DNA of 64,000 nucleotides from Nitrospinales bacterium (GCA_965223795.1 CBDCXL010000002.1:3186953-3250952); one strand, 5' to 3'; numbered from the stretch's first letter, positions 1 through 10,235 are shown. The notes: generated from the letters alone by a model not told the origin. Made by a program: numbers and translations.

Positions 1-567
1 CTCCAGCCCCAGTTCTGTGTCGGCGCCGAGAACCTTGGGGATCGTCGCGGTGGAATACTGCTTGTTGTTCGGGTCCTCGCGTTCGGGAGAGTAGGCGACG
101 AAAAAATCCTGGTCGGCCTTGAGCCCGCTGCCGTCCTCCAGCTCGGGGATCAGGACCTCGATGGTGGTTCCCGGATACGTGGTCGATTCCAGCACGATCA
201 ACTGGTCCTTGCGCAGATACGGTGCGATCTGCCGGGCGGTGGCGACGATGAAGCTCATGTCCGGCTCGCGGTTGTGGTTGAGCGGCGTCGGCACGCAGAT
301 GAGGATGCAGTCCAGGTTGGCGACGGTGGAAAAATCCGTCGTGGCTTCAAACCTGCCGCCCTCCACCAGTTTGCCGATTTTTTCTGCGGCAATGTGGCGG
401 ATGTAGCTTTCCCCTTTGCTCAGTTGCTCCACCTTGCCGGGATCGACGTCGAGACCCACAACCCGGAATCCGGCTTTGCTGAATTCGATGACCAGCGGCA
501 GACCCACGTAACCCAGTCCGACCACTCCAACCGTTGCGGTTCTTTCTTTTATTTTTTGCAGTAGCAA
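1..567 (-). CDS. Nucleotide-sugar dehydrogenase (UDP-GlcNAc 6-dehydrogenase, WbpA-like); 3' end runs off the window
   Basis: Not in the ORF track. Manual translation from TTG at 567 (GAGGGGGG upstream) gives MLLQKIKERTATVGVVGLGYVGLPL...ICVPTP...LESTTYPGTT...AYSPEREDP, i.e. Rossmann GxGxxG plus family motifs. Confidence 0.9.
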   Translation of the reverse strand, partial: MLLQKIKERTATVGVVGLGYVGLPLVIEFSKAGFRVVGLDVDPGKVEQLSKGESYIRHIAAEKIGKLVEGGRFEATTDFSTVANLDCILICVPTPLNHNREPDMSFIVATARQIAPYLRKDQLIVLESTTYPGTTIEVLIPELEDGSGLKADQDFFVAYSPEREDPNNKQYSTATIPKVLGADTELGLE

Positions 568-738
568 GGTCGCTCCCCCCTCATTCAAGTGGAAGTTGTT
601 GTTGATGATGAACGCATGATTGCTGGCCCGTTCCCGACCCGCAGGGGATATCCGTTTAAAAAAAACGGAGCGGGTTGAACGCAAAAACCGGTATCTCCAA
701 ACCAGTTTCCTGTGCCGGATGATGCTGACGGCGTGCCG

Positions 739-3264
739 TCAGTTTTCGGATTTGATCGACGTCAGATTTTTGTCGTTGTCGCTTTTGAAGAAATATTCCT
801 CGCCGATGATGTTTCGCATCATCACTTTGATTTTATTGAAGTCCCCGGTCAGGGCCAGGCGGAACAATTCCTCGATTCTGCGGTTGAAATTATCGTCGAT
901 CTCTCTCTTTGATTGTAAAACTTTTATTTTCTTATGGAAAGTTTCAATTGCCTCGTCGCGGTCGTCGACCAGTTCCTCGAACAGCTTTTCCCCCGGGCGG
1001 ATGCCGGTGAATTTGATTTTGATGTCCTTGTCGGGTTCATATCCCGCCAATCGGATCATTTTCTGCGCTAAATCGACGATTTTCACCGGTTCGCCCATTT
1101 CCAGGACGAATATCTCGCCACCGTCGCCGATCACCGCCGCCTGCAGGATGAGCTGCACGGCTTCGGGAATGAGCATGAAATACCGCGTCATTTCCGGGTG
1201 CGTGACGGTCACGGGACCGCCGTTCTCGATCTGGTTCTGGAAGAACGGGATGACGCTGCCCTTGCTGCCGAGCACGTTGCCGAAACGCACGGTCATGAAT
1301 TTGGTGTTGCTGCGCTGGTTCATGTACTGAACGTATTTTTCGGCCACTTTTTTGGTGGTGCCCATGACGCTGGTGGGCCGGATCACTTTATCCGTGGAAA
1401 CCATCACGAAGCGTTCCACGCCGTATTTGTCGGAAACGTCCGCGGTGAGCTTGGTGCCGTAGATGTTGTTCACCACCGCCTCGTCCACGTTGTCTTCCAT
1501 GAGCGGCACGTGTTTGTGGGCCGCGGCGTGGAACACGATCTGCGGACGGAACTGGGCGAAGATGGAGTCCATCTTCTCTTTGTTGGTGATGGAGCAGAAT
1601 TTGTAGTGCTGTTTGGTGGCGGAGTTTTTGGCGTTGTTGCCGCCGTTCAGCAAAATATTCAGCTCGTAGAGGTAGTTCTCTCCGCGGTCGAGCATGACGA
1701 GCTCGGACGGCTCGTACTCCATGATCTGCTGGCACAGCTCGGAACCGATGCTGCCGCCGGCGCCGGTCACCAGCACGCGTTTGCCCCAGACCATGTTCTT
1801 GATCGCGGTGAGGTCGAGGGAAACGGAATCGCGGCCCAGCAGATCGCTGATCTCGATTTTGCGGATTTTGGAAAAGTGGACGTCGTTGGTCGAGAGGTCG
1901 ATGACCGACGACACGATTTTGAATTTGACCACGCATTTGCTGCAGATGTCCACCAGTTCGCTGAGACTTTCGGAGGAGATGTTGTTGATGGCGATCAGCA
2001 CTTCGCGGATGCCCAGGTCGGCCACCAGCTCCGGGATGTCGTAGCGGTTGCCCAGAACCTTGACGCCCATCAGGTTTTTGTTTTTGATGCTCGGGTTATC
2101 GTCCACGAATCCGCAAACGCGAAAATGCGGGAAACGCTGGCGCAGGTTTTTGAGCAGCAGGGCGCCGGTGTCTCCGGCTCCGAAGATGAGCACGCGGATG
2201 CCGCCCTCTTTGACAAGCGGTTTCTGTTTCTGTCGTTCTTTCCACATGCGCCAGGCCAGACGCGAGCCGCCGAGCATGGTGACCAGCAGGATGAAATCGA
2301 TGATGGGCACCGAGCGGGGAATCGTGACCGGGGGATTGGAATAGAGAAAGATCGAAACCAGAAGCAGGATCGACCCCGTGAGCACGGCTTTGATGATCAG
2401 CACCAGCTCCTCGAGGCTGGAATACTCCCAGAACCTGGAATAGAAGCGGAAATAAAAATACGAAACCGATCGGGCCAGGACGATGAACGGAACCAGGTAC
2501 AGCAGGGTTTTGAGTTCCTTCTCAGGAATGTTCCACTCGTACCTTAAAAAATACGCCAGGTAGAAAGAGATGAGTCCGAGGGCGATGTCACTGATGAAGA
2601 AGAAGAGGTTCTGCGGGCTCACCCTCAGGTTCTTCAGAGAGAACGCGGATTTGATGTCGACGTTGAACAGCGAATGCAGCAGCAGGTTGATGTCGTAGAA
2701 AAACGAAGACCGGTCGAGATACACCATGGCGAGCCGGATTTTTTCGGGCATCAGCGTGTTGATGTATTCTTCCTCCGGATTGGGGGACTTGCTCAGAATC
2801 TCTTTTTCGTTCTGGAATTCCTGCGCCGCGAGGTCGGTGATCCCCGGCCGGACGGTCAGAATCCTGAGAAATTTGCCGCGGAACAGGTGGACGTGCTGGC
2901 GCAGTTCCGGGCGCGGCCCGACGATGCTCATGTCTCCTTTGAGGACATTGATGAGCTGCGGCAGCTCGCTCAACCGGGTCTTGCGCAAAAACCGGCCGAC
3001 GCGTGTGGGTTTGGACGTTTTCTGAAACCTGGGTGCGGGACCTTCTGCGCTTTCTTCGAGCGTGCGGAATTTGAGGATGAAAAAGCGGCGAAAGCCTTTC
3101 CCGATGCGTTCTTCCCGGAAAAAAACCGGACCGGGTGAGTCCAGCTTGATCAACAGCGCGATCACCAGAAAGACGGGCAGCAAAAGCACCAGGGCGGTTA
3201 ATGAAACCACCACGTCGAACAGGCGCTTCGTGAAGATCCAGTATACAGATGGATTAGATTTCAT
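739..3264 (-). CDS. Fusion: N-terminal monotopic phosphoglycosyl-transferase (Bac_transf)-like domain + membrane-anchored UDP-GlcNAc 4,6-dehydratase (CapD/PglF/WbpM family)
   Basis: KRLFD...KFRT...ELPQLINVLKGDMSIVGPRPE, then TM helices, GAGDTG CoA-binding-like domain, TGAGGSIGSEL, HAAAHKHVP, STDK, RFGNVLGS, GIRPGEKL. Confidence 0.9.
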   Translation of the reverse strand: MKSNPSVYWIFTKRLFDVVVSLTALVLLLPVFLVIALLIKLDSPGPVFFREERIGKGFRRFFILKFRTLEESAEGPAPRFQKTSKPTRVGRFLRKTRLSELPQLINVLKGDMSIVGPRPELRQHVHLFRGKFLRILTVRPGITDLAAQEFQNEKEILSKSPNPEEEYINTLMPEKIRLAMVYLDRSSFFYDINLLLHSLFNVDIKSAFSLKNLRVSPQNLFFFISDIALGLISFYLAYFLRYEWNIPEKELKTLLYLVPFIVLARSVSYFYFRFYSRFWEYSSLEELVLIIKAVLTGSILLLVSIFLYSNPPVTIPRSVPIIDFILLVTMLGGSRLAWRMWKERQKQKPLVKEGGIRVLIFGAGDTGALLLKNLRQRFPHFRVCGFVDDNPSIKNKNLMGVKVLGNRYDIPELVADLGIREVLIAINNISSESLSELVDICSKCVVKFKIVSSVIDLSTNDVHFSKIRKIEISDLLGRDSVSLDLTAIKNMVWGKRVLVTGAGGSIGSELCQQIMEYEPSELVMLDRGENYLYELNILLNGGNNAKNSATKQHYKFCSITNKEKMDSIFAQFRPQIVFHAAAHKHVPLMEDNVDEAVVNNIYGTKLTADVSDKYGVERFVMVSTDKVIRPTSVMGTTKKVAEKYVQYMNQRSNTKFMTVRFGNVLGSKGSVIPFFQNQIENGGPVTVTHPEMTRYFMLIPEAVQLILQAAVIGDGGEIFVLEMGEPVKIVDLAQKMIRLAGYEPDKDIKIKFTGIRPGEKLFEELVDDRDEAIETFHKKIKVLQSKREIDDNFNRRIEELFRLALTGDFNKIKVMMRNIIGEEYFFKSDNDKNLTSIKSEN

Positions 3265-3912
3265 AGGAGAGGCAGTCCCTTGCCGGGACGGCGAGGGCGC
3301 TGTCCCGAACGGTTACGTCCATATCGATATCGAAGACAACCCCTTTGTTGTCCCCCGTAATCCTTCAAAGGTTTACAGGGTGCCACGTGCGTATGAAGGA
3401 TTGATCAAGGGAATGTAACAGTTCGATTACAATATGAAAAAAACGCAACCCATCCCGTCTCCGCATTTCTTTGGGAGCGCACGGGGAAAAAATCGCCGTA
3501 CAGAAAAAAATGCACAAAATCCCAAAGAATTACATCAACATTTGATTAATTTATGATTTACATTTCTTGAAATATTACTCAAATATCGGAACTTATGTCA
3601 AGGCTCATCTGGAACGGAAAAGGTGATATAACTAACAAAGACAGAGTAACTTATTGTCTCTTTGGGCAGAACGGCCGCGTTTTTTTTCCGGGCCGGAAAT
3701 GGCATTAGATGGAAACCAAAAATGGATAAATTCCGAATATCGAACTGAACTCATTGAAATAATTTGTAAATTAAGAAATCTTTCCCGAACAGGCATATTG
3801 AGGTGGGAAAGGCGTCCTGTGTGGGCGGGCGGGGTGTATGAATCTGTTCAGGGATTTGCAGAAAATTAATCAGGAGCTTGGAAATAAACCCCATAAAATC
3901 AATGTTATTTTG

Positions 3913-3928
3913 TGGCACGGTCCATGCT
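3913..3928 (+). promoter_or_regulatory. Putative sigma-54 (-24/-12) promoter
   Basis: TGGCACG-GTCC-ATGCT fits GG-N10-GC; lies ~70 nt upstream of a small ORF. Confidence 0.55.
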
Positions 3929-3995
3929 AGTACCCTAAAAACGGGATCTCACGGGGGATGACCACGACTGCGGATTTCTTTAACGGGCGGTAATT

Positions 3996-4142
3996 ATGAA
4001 AATCAAAGACGGCACCTGGGTCGAAAATATCAAAATGATGTTCATGACGTTCTTTTCCACCCTTCCATTGGCGTACCTCGTTCTTGTTTTGATCGACGAC
4101 TGGTTGTTTTCCATTGTCAAAGTGTTTTACCTGTCCCACTGA
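3996..4142 (+). CDS. Small hydrophobic hypothetical protein (48 aa)
   Basis: Manual translation MKIKDGTWVENIKMMFMTFFSTLPLAYLVLVLIDDWLFSIVKVFYLSH; shorter than any ORF in the track; TM-like stretch; sigma-54-like site upstream. Confidence 0.5.
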   Translation: MKIKDGTWVENIKMMFMTFFSTLPLAYLVLVLIDDWLFSIVKVFYLSH

Positions 4143-5119
4143 CCGAAAGCCGTAAAAGGACACTCTCCACTCCGCTTGCACCCGCCTGCACGCAGCGCGT
4201 TCTTTTCATTAATCATTGATGAAGATGCTTTTTTTGAGTAAGTGTGCGTCACATTAAAAACCTCCTGTTTCGGTTTTGGCACTCCGGCCATGGGTTTTGC
4301 CGGCAACTGTGAGTTCTATGTAAATCTTTGAATTCCTGAATTTTTCTTTCAAAGTCCATTGTGTTTAATAAGGAAATTGCAGTTAAAGTTTTAAAGTTAT
4401 GTGGGTAACTATTAAAATTTAAAAAAATTTGTTATAATTTACACTGTGTTTCCGGCTGGGCTCACAAGTTACTCACAGGCGGTCTGAGCCCGAAAGACAT
4501 TTATTTTTCGGTTTTTAAACGTCAGAAACGGTTCGTTTTTATTGACACCCAAAGCTTCAAAATGTATATTGCGCGGAAAGATGGGCCGTGATTTTTCTAT
4601 TTTCATCGTGTTTCCGATGAAAATGGCGCTCATCCATCGTGGAATACCCGGTAATTCAAAGACTATCCTTTGAGGGACCGGCAAATCAGCATCCGAACTT
4701 CATTCGCTTCGGATCATTTATTGTGGCACTCCAACGCACCATCGATTCGGGAGGAGAAATCGAATGGCTTTGCAGTGGCATTTGGTTTTTCACACGCCTG
4801 TTTTTGTTAGTCGGGCCTTATTCCCTGCCTGAATCGACACAGCAGTTCAATAGATCCGTCTGCATGAGTGAAACCGCTCACAGATGAATAGCCGTTACGG
4901 TCTCTTGCCGGTTTGTTATTTACTATTACGGGCATGATCGCTTTGAGGCCCGGTGTCGGGTGTTCCCGGGGCTGATTGAACTGGATGAGTGCGGACGCAG
5001 TTTAAATGAAGGGCGAGACTTGCCCGGATAGATTCACAAGCGTGGATTCCGAGCCGTTTTTTCTGATTTAAACGTTTGCGGATGTTGAATCTGTTTGACC
5101 AACGTACCGGTGGGGGGAT

Positions 5120-6406
5120 TTGATGACTAAGTATTTTAAGTTCTCTGGTTTGAGTTTCCTGCTGTTGTTGTTCCTTCCTTCAATCGGGGCTGCCCAGATC
5201 GAAATTTTTCCAAAAGGCGGGCTGGAGTTAAGAACAGATGAAGGGAAAATCCGCATTGGCCGAGTGGAAATTCATCCCGGGCTGGCATTGGAATCGAGAT
5301 ACGACAGCAATGTGTTTCAGTCTGCGGACAAAACGTTTGCCAATGGTACCAGTGAAGACCCGACGGACGATTTCATTTTCACCATTTCTCCTTCCATAGG
5401 ACTCGAACTCAAGCGTGGCAAAGGGGAGGTGTTTGGTTTCGATTTTAAATACATCGGCAACAGTGAACATTTCGTCAACCTTTCCAGTGAAGATACATTC
5501 GAACACGATGTTTCCGCTGCGATGAATATTGGTGGACCCGGTGGCCGGAGTGATATCACTCTGGGCGGCCGGTACTTCAAAACCCGCAGCATTCAGGAAA
5601 GGGATCTGCAGAGCAACCTGGGATCGAGGGTCGATGAGGAGGATTCATCCCTTTTCGCGGATTTTATTTATACCATCTCGCAAACGTTCAGCGTAAAACT
5701 CAATGGGAAGTACCGCCGGGAAGATTTTTCCGGTTCTCCTTCTCTGGCGATTGAGGATGTGGACACCATCAATCTCGGTGGAGCCATTTTCTGGCAGGTC
5801 ACCCAGCCGACCGCGATCGGTCTTCGGTACAATCACCGTATCCGCGATTACTTGACGCCATCGACGGTCAACTTCGACGGTAATGCGGATGCGATCTTTT
5901 TCTTGGTCAAATGGGAGCCGACCAAGCTGTTACGCGGCGAAGTGGAATTGGGGTATGAAAACAAAAGGTTCGACAATATTTCCGGTCAGGATGAGGATGG
6001 TTTCGTATTTAATCTGGATGTGGGGTATGCCCCAACGGAACGGAGGCGGTTCCTGTTCAACGCCACCCGCCAGATTCTCGATTCCTCCTTTCAGTTGATT
6101 CAGGCTTTCATTTATACAGCGGCCGAAGGTGTCGTGCAGCAACGTCTGGGACGGAAGTTTTCCACAAAGGTCGGTTTTCAGTTTGAAAATCTGGACTATC
6201 AAAGGTCGGCGGTTGATACGCCGGGTGGGGGTGTTTCCCGAGTTCGCGTTGACAACACCATCTCCGGAACCGTGGCTTTAATATACGATATTCAAAGATG
6301 GCTTAAAGCCGAGGCTGAGTACAAATATGAGCAGAACTTCTCCAATTTTGACGACCGTGATTACGAGCAGAATATCGGAATTCTTCGGCTTTCAGCGACG
6401 TACTGA
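5120..6406 (+). CDS. Polysaccharide-export-associated outer-membrane beta-barrel protein (BBP2/VpsM/EpsX-like)
   Basis: Signal peptide, YDSNVF motif, alternating amphipathic strands, C-terminal aromatic residue (LSATY), directly upstream of the wza-like gene. Confidence 0.8.
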   Translation: MMTKYFKFSGLSFLLLLFLPSIGAAQIEIFPKGGLELRTDEGKIRIGRVEIHPGLALESRYDSNVFQSADKTFANGTSEDPTDDFIFTISPSIGLELKRGKGEVFGFDFKYIGNSEHFVNLSSEDTFEHDVSAAMNIGGPGGRSDITLGGRYFKTRSIQERDLQSNLGSRVDEEDSSLFADFIYTISQTFSVKLNGKYRREDFSGSPSLAIEDVDTINLGGAIFWQVTQPTAIGLRYNHRIRDYLTPSTVNFDGNADAIFFLVKWEPTKLLRGEVELGYENKRFDNISGQDEDGFVFNLDVGYAPTERRRFLFNATRQILDSSFQLIQAFIYTAAEGVVQQRLGRKFSTKVGFQFENLDYQRSAVDTPGGGVSRVRVDNTISGTVALIYDIQRWLKAEAEYKYEQNFSNFDDRDYEQNIGILRLSATY

Positions 6407-6652
6407 TTGGATTTTCAACGCGACTGAGTTTTTTACCTTTTGTTATTATCGTTTCAGAATATGCACGGGGCCGAAAATCGTTTTCGGCCTTTTTTTTATT
6501 TGCGCTTGGATGTGTTTGGTTTAAACTTTAGGCAATCCACGAAGTGCTCGGACAATTGCGTTTTTATTGCGCGGAGGGGTGTGCAAGTCAGCGGGCCACG
6601 ATGACCGTTGGGCAGGTTTGTCCTTGTTTTGCCATGCAGATCCTGCACTTGA

Positions 6653-6665
6653 TAAGTTATTGATT
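6653..6665. promoter_or_regulatory. IHF-like binding site
   Basis: TAAGTTATTGATT is the reverse complement of consensus WATCAANNNNTTR; upstream of the wza-like gene. Confidence 0.3.
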
Positions 6666-6753
6666 TCCTGAATCTCCGGAATTTACGATACCTCTAAGAT
6701 CCTTTTCTCATGTATGCTTTGAAAACCAATACCTTTTGGGGAGTGAAGCCGTT

Positions 6754-7677
6754 ATGAAGAGAAATTCCTTGATTGTGATCCTCTGTTCCCTTGTTTGCTT
6801 TTTTTATGTTCATTCTGTTTTTGCCGCACCGGCAAAGCAATTTTCCGGAAAAGTGCTTTCCGGATCGGGTAAGGGACAGGATGAGTTTCCTCCCTCCACT
6901 CCCATCATCAATCAGAGTAATCCTTTTGTACTGGGACCCGAAGATCTCATTATGGTGTCCGTCTGGGGGAATAAAGAATTGACGACGGAAATGCCGGTGC
7001 GCCCGGATGGAACCATATCCTTTCCGCTGATCGGGGATATCATGGCGCAGGGGCTGACTCCGGCTCAATTGAAGGAAAAAATCACGGAGGATCTGAGAAA
7101 CTACGTGACCGATGCCAGCGTCACGGTCATCGTCAAGCAGATCAACAGCATCAAAATTTCCATTGCAGGTGAAGTGAAGGAGCCAGGAACCTATCAGATC
7201 AACCGCCCGGTGACGCTGCTGCACGTGTTTTCGATCGTCAAAGGCTTTACGGAAAAAGCGGACTTGAAAAAATCCTATCTGCTGAGAAATGGGAAAAAGC
7301 TGAATATCGATTTTCATGCCCTGGTAAAAGCGGATGATTTCACGCAGAACGTCTGGCTGAAATCCAATGATATCATTTTTATTCACGATAACTTTGGCAA
7401 CCGCGTGAATGTGATGGGCGAAGTGGTCAAGCCTCAGGTGGTCACGTTTCAGGAAGGCATGACAGTGATGGATGCGATCCTTGTCGCGGAAGGGCTGACG
7501 GACATTGCCAAAGCAAACGGCACAAAGGTGTACAGGCGGAATAAACGGGGTAATTTTGACAAGGATATTGAAAAAATCAATGTGGAGCTGGATAAGGTGA
7601 TCTTTGACGGGGATCTGTCTAAGAACATTCTTTTAAAGCCGGGTGATATCATTCATGTTCCGCGCAGCTTTTTCTGA
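6754..7677 (+). CDS. wza: Polysaccharide export protein (OPX/Wza family: Poly_export + SLBB domains)
   Basis: LGPEDL...VRPDGTISFPLIG, two GEVxxP SLBB repeats, LKPGDIIHVP; start moved to ATG 6754. Confidence 0.88.
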   Translation: MKRNSLIVILCSLVCFFYVHSVFAAPAKQFSGKVLSGSGKGQDEFPPSTPIINQSNPFVLGPEDLIMVSVWGNKELTTEMPVRPDGTISFPLIGDIMAQGLTPAQLKEKITEDLRNYVTDASVTVIVKQINSIKISIAGEVKEPGTYQINRPVTLLHVFSIVKGFTEKADLKKSYLLRNGKKLNIDFHALVKADDFTQNVWLKSNDIIFIHDNFGNRVNVMGEVVKPQVVTFQEGMTVMDAILVAEGLTDIAKANGTKVYRRNKRGNFDKDIEKINVELDKVIFDGDLSKNILLKPGDIIHVPRSFF

Positions 7678-7716
7678 TCCCGTTGTGTTGAGTTGTTGAA
7701 AGCGTATACACACCAT

Positions 7717-7755
7717 AAACCGCTGGCCGTTCAAACACGGTCAGCGGTTTTTTTT
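7717..7755 (+). terminator. Rho-independent terminator
   Basis: AAACCGCTGGCCGT-TCAAAC-ACGGTCAGCGGTTT hairpin followed by a T run. Confidence 0.8.
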
Positions 7756-7830
7756 ATTTGAATCGCAACGCTCTACTGAATTTGTCGTGTCGAATCAGGA
7801 TAGGTGAATTGTTAATAGGAGAAACAGGGC

Positions 7831-8490
7831 TTGAAAATATCGTTGATTCTGGGGCTGGCTCTGACCGGGATGATCTTTTCTGATTTTTCGGAGTCGCATT
7901 CGAAATTTATTCCAGATTATGATACCGCGCGCCCCATTTTCTGGTCCAAGCTTTATCCAAATGGAGGCGAAACGCTCTATTGCGGTCAAAAGTTCGGCAA
8001 GCGGCGCGGCCGCAAGTACAATGTGGAGCATGTGTTTCCCATGTCCTGGGTGATCCGGGAACTGAAATGCGGGACCCGGACGGAATGCCGTGAAAAGAGC
8101 AAAATATTCAATCGGATCGAAGCGGATCTGCACAACCTGTATCCTGTGGTCAAATCGATCAATGATGCCCGCGGAAGTTTCCGTTATGGCGTGATCCCGG
8201 GGGAGAAGCGTAAATTCGGCAAACGTTGTGATTTTGAAGTGAATTTCAAAATCCGGGTCGTGGAACCGAGAGAAGCGGCACGCGGGGAGATTGCCCGCGC
8301 CATGTTTTATATGAAAGATACCTACGGCATGGTGATTTTTCGTAAGCAGGGGGAGCTGTTGTTAAAATGGCATGTGGAAGATCCGCCGTCTCAATTTGAA
8401 AAGCAAAGAAACGAAATGATCGAGAAGATCCAGGGAAATCGAAATAAATTCATCGATAGGCCTGAATTGGCGCACCAATTGAAATTTTAG
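7831..8490 (+). CDS. Endonuclease I family secreted nuclease (EndA/Dns-like)
   Basis: Signal peptide; EHVFP, EADLHNLYP, NxxRG, RGEIARAMFYM, QGNRN motifs. Confidence 0.88.
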   Translation: MKISLILGLALTGMIFSDFSESHSKFIPDYDTARPIFWSKLYPNGGETLYCGQKFGKRRGRKYNVEHVFPMSWVIRELKCGTRTECREKSKIFNRIEADLHNLYPVVKSINDARGSFRYGVIPGEKRKFGKRCDFEVNFKIRVVEPREAARGEIARAMFYMKDTYGMVIFRKQGELLLKWHVEDPPSQFEKQRNEMIEKIQGNRNKFIDRPELAHQLKF

Positions 8491-8503
8491 GCTGATGAGT
8501 AAT

Positions 8504-9451
8504 TTAAAGCGAAAAATCGACAATGAGTGGAAAGTGATCAGAGCCGATGTCATTCCCGGTTTTCAGGTCTGAAATCATGACTCCTTTGGAAGTCAGGCAA
8601 TGATCGATCGGAATCCAAAATATCGGTGAATTCGCGGGCCATGAAGGGATAATGCCCCTGCCTTTCCGGGCGTCTATGAGGCCGGTGGATTTGATGAATC
8701 TTTTAAAGTGGTGAGACCACGCAGTCGTATTCAAATCCCCTAACAGCATAATATTTTCCGATTTGGGAAACGAATTAATCAGGGAGGCGAGTTGCGCCAA
8801 TTGTCCATTCCGGTATCGAAAAAATTTATCATTTCTTGGCGGGTCAAGATGGACTCCTATCAGGGTGAGGTCGCCTGGCATGTTTTTTAGTTTGGCGACA
8901 ACAAAGGGAATTTGATTGTCTTTAAATAACAGGACATCGGCTTTCTCAAATTTTATGCGACTGAAAAACCCCATTCCCGAACCGTCATCTCTTTCTGAAA
9001 GCTGCATGTATACATATTTCTTCAATGTCTGCTGTAGTTCAATGCGATGGCGTCTGTTGAATTCTTCGATGACGATAAAATCCGGTTCAGTTTGTTTGAG
9101 AAAAGCTCGGATCTCTTCACTATTTTGATTGTAGGAATAAAGATTCATCGTCACAGCGCGAAATGAAGATGGCGCGGCTGTGACTTCGTTGACTTTTAGT
9201 TGGGGTAGATAAGCCGGGATGAATTCCGCGGCATTGACAGAGGCAAGCAATGCTGAAAATATTGCAGCACGATATGACTTGAGGAATATCAAGCCAATGG
9301 AAAGTAAAAACAGGATCGAGAAGTACTGAACTCTAAAATGGCTTAAATTATCAAGAAGCCAGTGGTGTTGTCCTGCGAAACCCGCGAAGGAAATGATGCC
9401 AACAAGTCCTGCAATGGCAAAAAAGAATTTAATAAAACTTGCTGACATCAT
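8504..9451 (-). CDS. Membrane-anchored endonuclease/exonuclease/phosphatase family protein (YafD-like)
   Basis: N-terminal TM helices with SHFRVQY; GDLN, IDH, GSDH motifs. Confidence 0.85.
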   Translation of the reverse strand: MMSASFIKFFFAIAGLVGIISFAGFAGQHHWLLDNLSHFRVQYFSILFLLSIGLIFLKSYRAAIFSALLASVNAAEFIPAYLPQLKVNEVTAAPSSFRAVTMNLYSYNQNSEEIRAFLKQTEPDFIVIEEFNRRHRIELQQTLKKYVYMQLSERDDGSGMGFFSRIKFEKADVLLFKDNQIPFVVAKLKNMPGDLTLIGVHLDPPRNDKFFRYRNGQLAQLASLINSFPKSENIMLLGDLNTTAWSHHFKRFIKSTGLIDARKGRGIIPSWPANSPIFWIPIDHCLTSKGVMISDLKTGNDIGSDHFPLIVDFSL

Positions 9452-9493
9452 GCCATTGGCAAACGAAGCCGGTTTTAATAAGACAAGACCAAT

Positions 9494-10231
9494 TCAAGAA
9501 ACCATTGTTTTGGGGGCAGGCATGACTATGTGTTGGGCTCCTGGTGGTGGATACGGTTTCAGAGGGATGGCTCGAAGCGCATGCTCGATCATCATTTTAT
9601 CCGCTTTTAATTGGGTCAATAAACGCCCCACTCCCTTCAAGGCGGTTTCCCTTGAAAAAATGGCAACCAGGGTCAAAGCGATCAGTTTTATATCCAGGAT
9701 AAAAGTTCTTTTCTTTATATAAAACAGACCCAGCCGGCTTTTCCAGGGGCGAATCAATTGGTTGTAATCCAAATCCGGATCTTGACTGTTTTTTAATATC
9801 TCTCCTTCATCAGAAAACACAATTGAGGAAAAATCCGTGATACCCGGACGAACGGACAACAGGTTCATTTCTTCACGGGTATATCTCTTCACTTCCACAG
9901 TCACCTGGGGACGAGGCCCAACCAGGCTCATGTCGCCTTTGAGAACATTCCAGAGTTGAGTCAACTCATCAAGCTTGAACCTGCGAATCCAGATACCTAT
10001 TTTAGTGATTCGCGGATCGTTGGATGAGGTGGATTTTACAGATGAGCGGTTCACAACCATGGAACGGATTTTCACCATTGAGAATGGTTGATTGTGCTTG
10101 CCCGCCCTGGGAGCAATGTAAAATGGAGATTTGAAATCCTGAAGCCAGACGAGAACCAGAGCTATGATCAATACCGGTCCTGCCAGTATCAGCCCAAAAG
10201 CAGATAAAACGATGTCAAGTAAACGTTTCAT
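9494..10231 (-). CDS. Phosphoglycosyl transferase (bacterial sugar transferase, PglC-like)
   Basis: MKRLLD, KIRSM, DPRIT, LDELTQL (intact DE dyad), GDMSLVGPRP, PGIT. Confidence 0.9.
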   Translation of the reverse strand: MKRLLDIVLSAFGLILAGPVLIIALVLVWLQDFKSPFYIAPRAGKHNQPFSMVKIRSMVVNRSSVKSTSSNDPRITKIGIWIRRFKLDELTQLWNVLKGDMSLVGPRPQVTVEVKRYTREEMNLLSVRPGITDFSSIVFSDEGEILKNSQDPDLDYNQLIRPWKSRLGLFYIKKRTFILDIKLIALTLVAIFSRETALKGVGRLLTQLKADKMMIEHALRAIPLKPYPPPGAQHIVMPAPKTMVS

Positions 10232-10235
10232 AGGA

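Noticed and set aside
1198..2547. 449-aa plus-strand ORF (and similar ones at 45812-47227, 52762-54219, 48891-50030, 50241-51446)
   Set aside because: All lie antisense to better-supported genes and show the composition typical of shadow ORFs.
3927..4887. Short track ORFs in the divergent intergenic region (3927-4181, 4469-4684, 4639-4887)
   Set aside because: Non-ATG starts, no convincing RBS or motifs; the plus-strand 3996-4142 ORF is more plausible.
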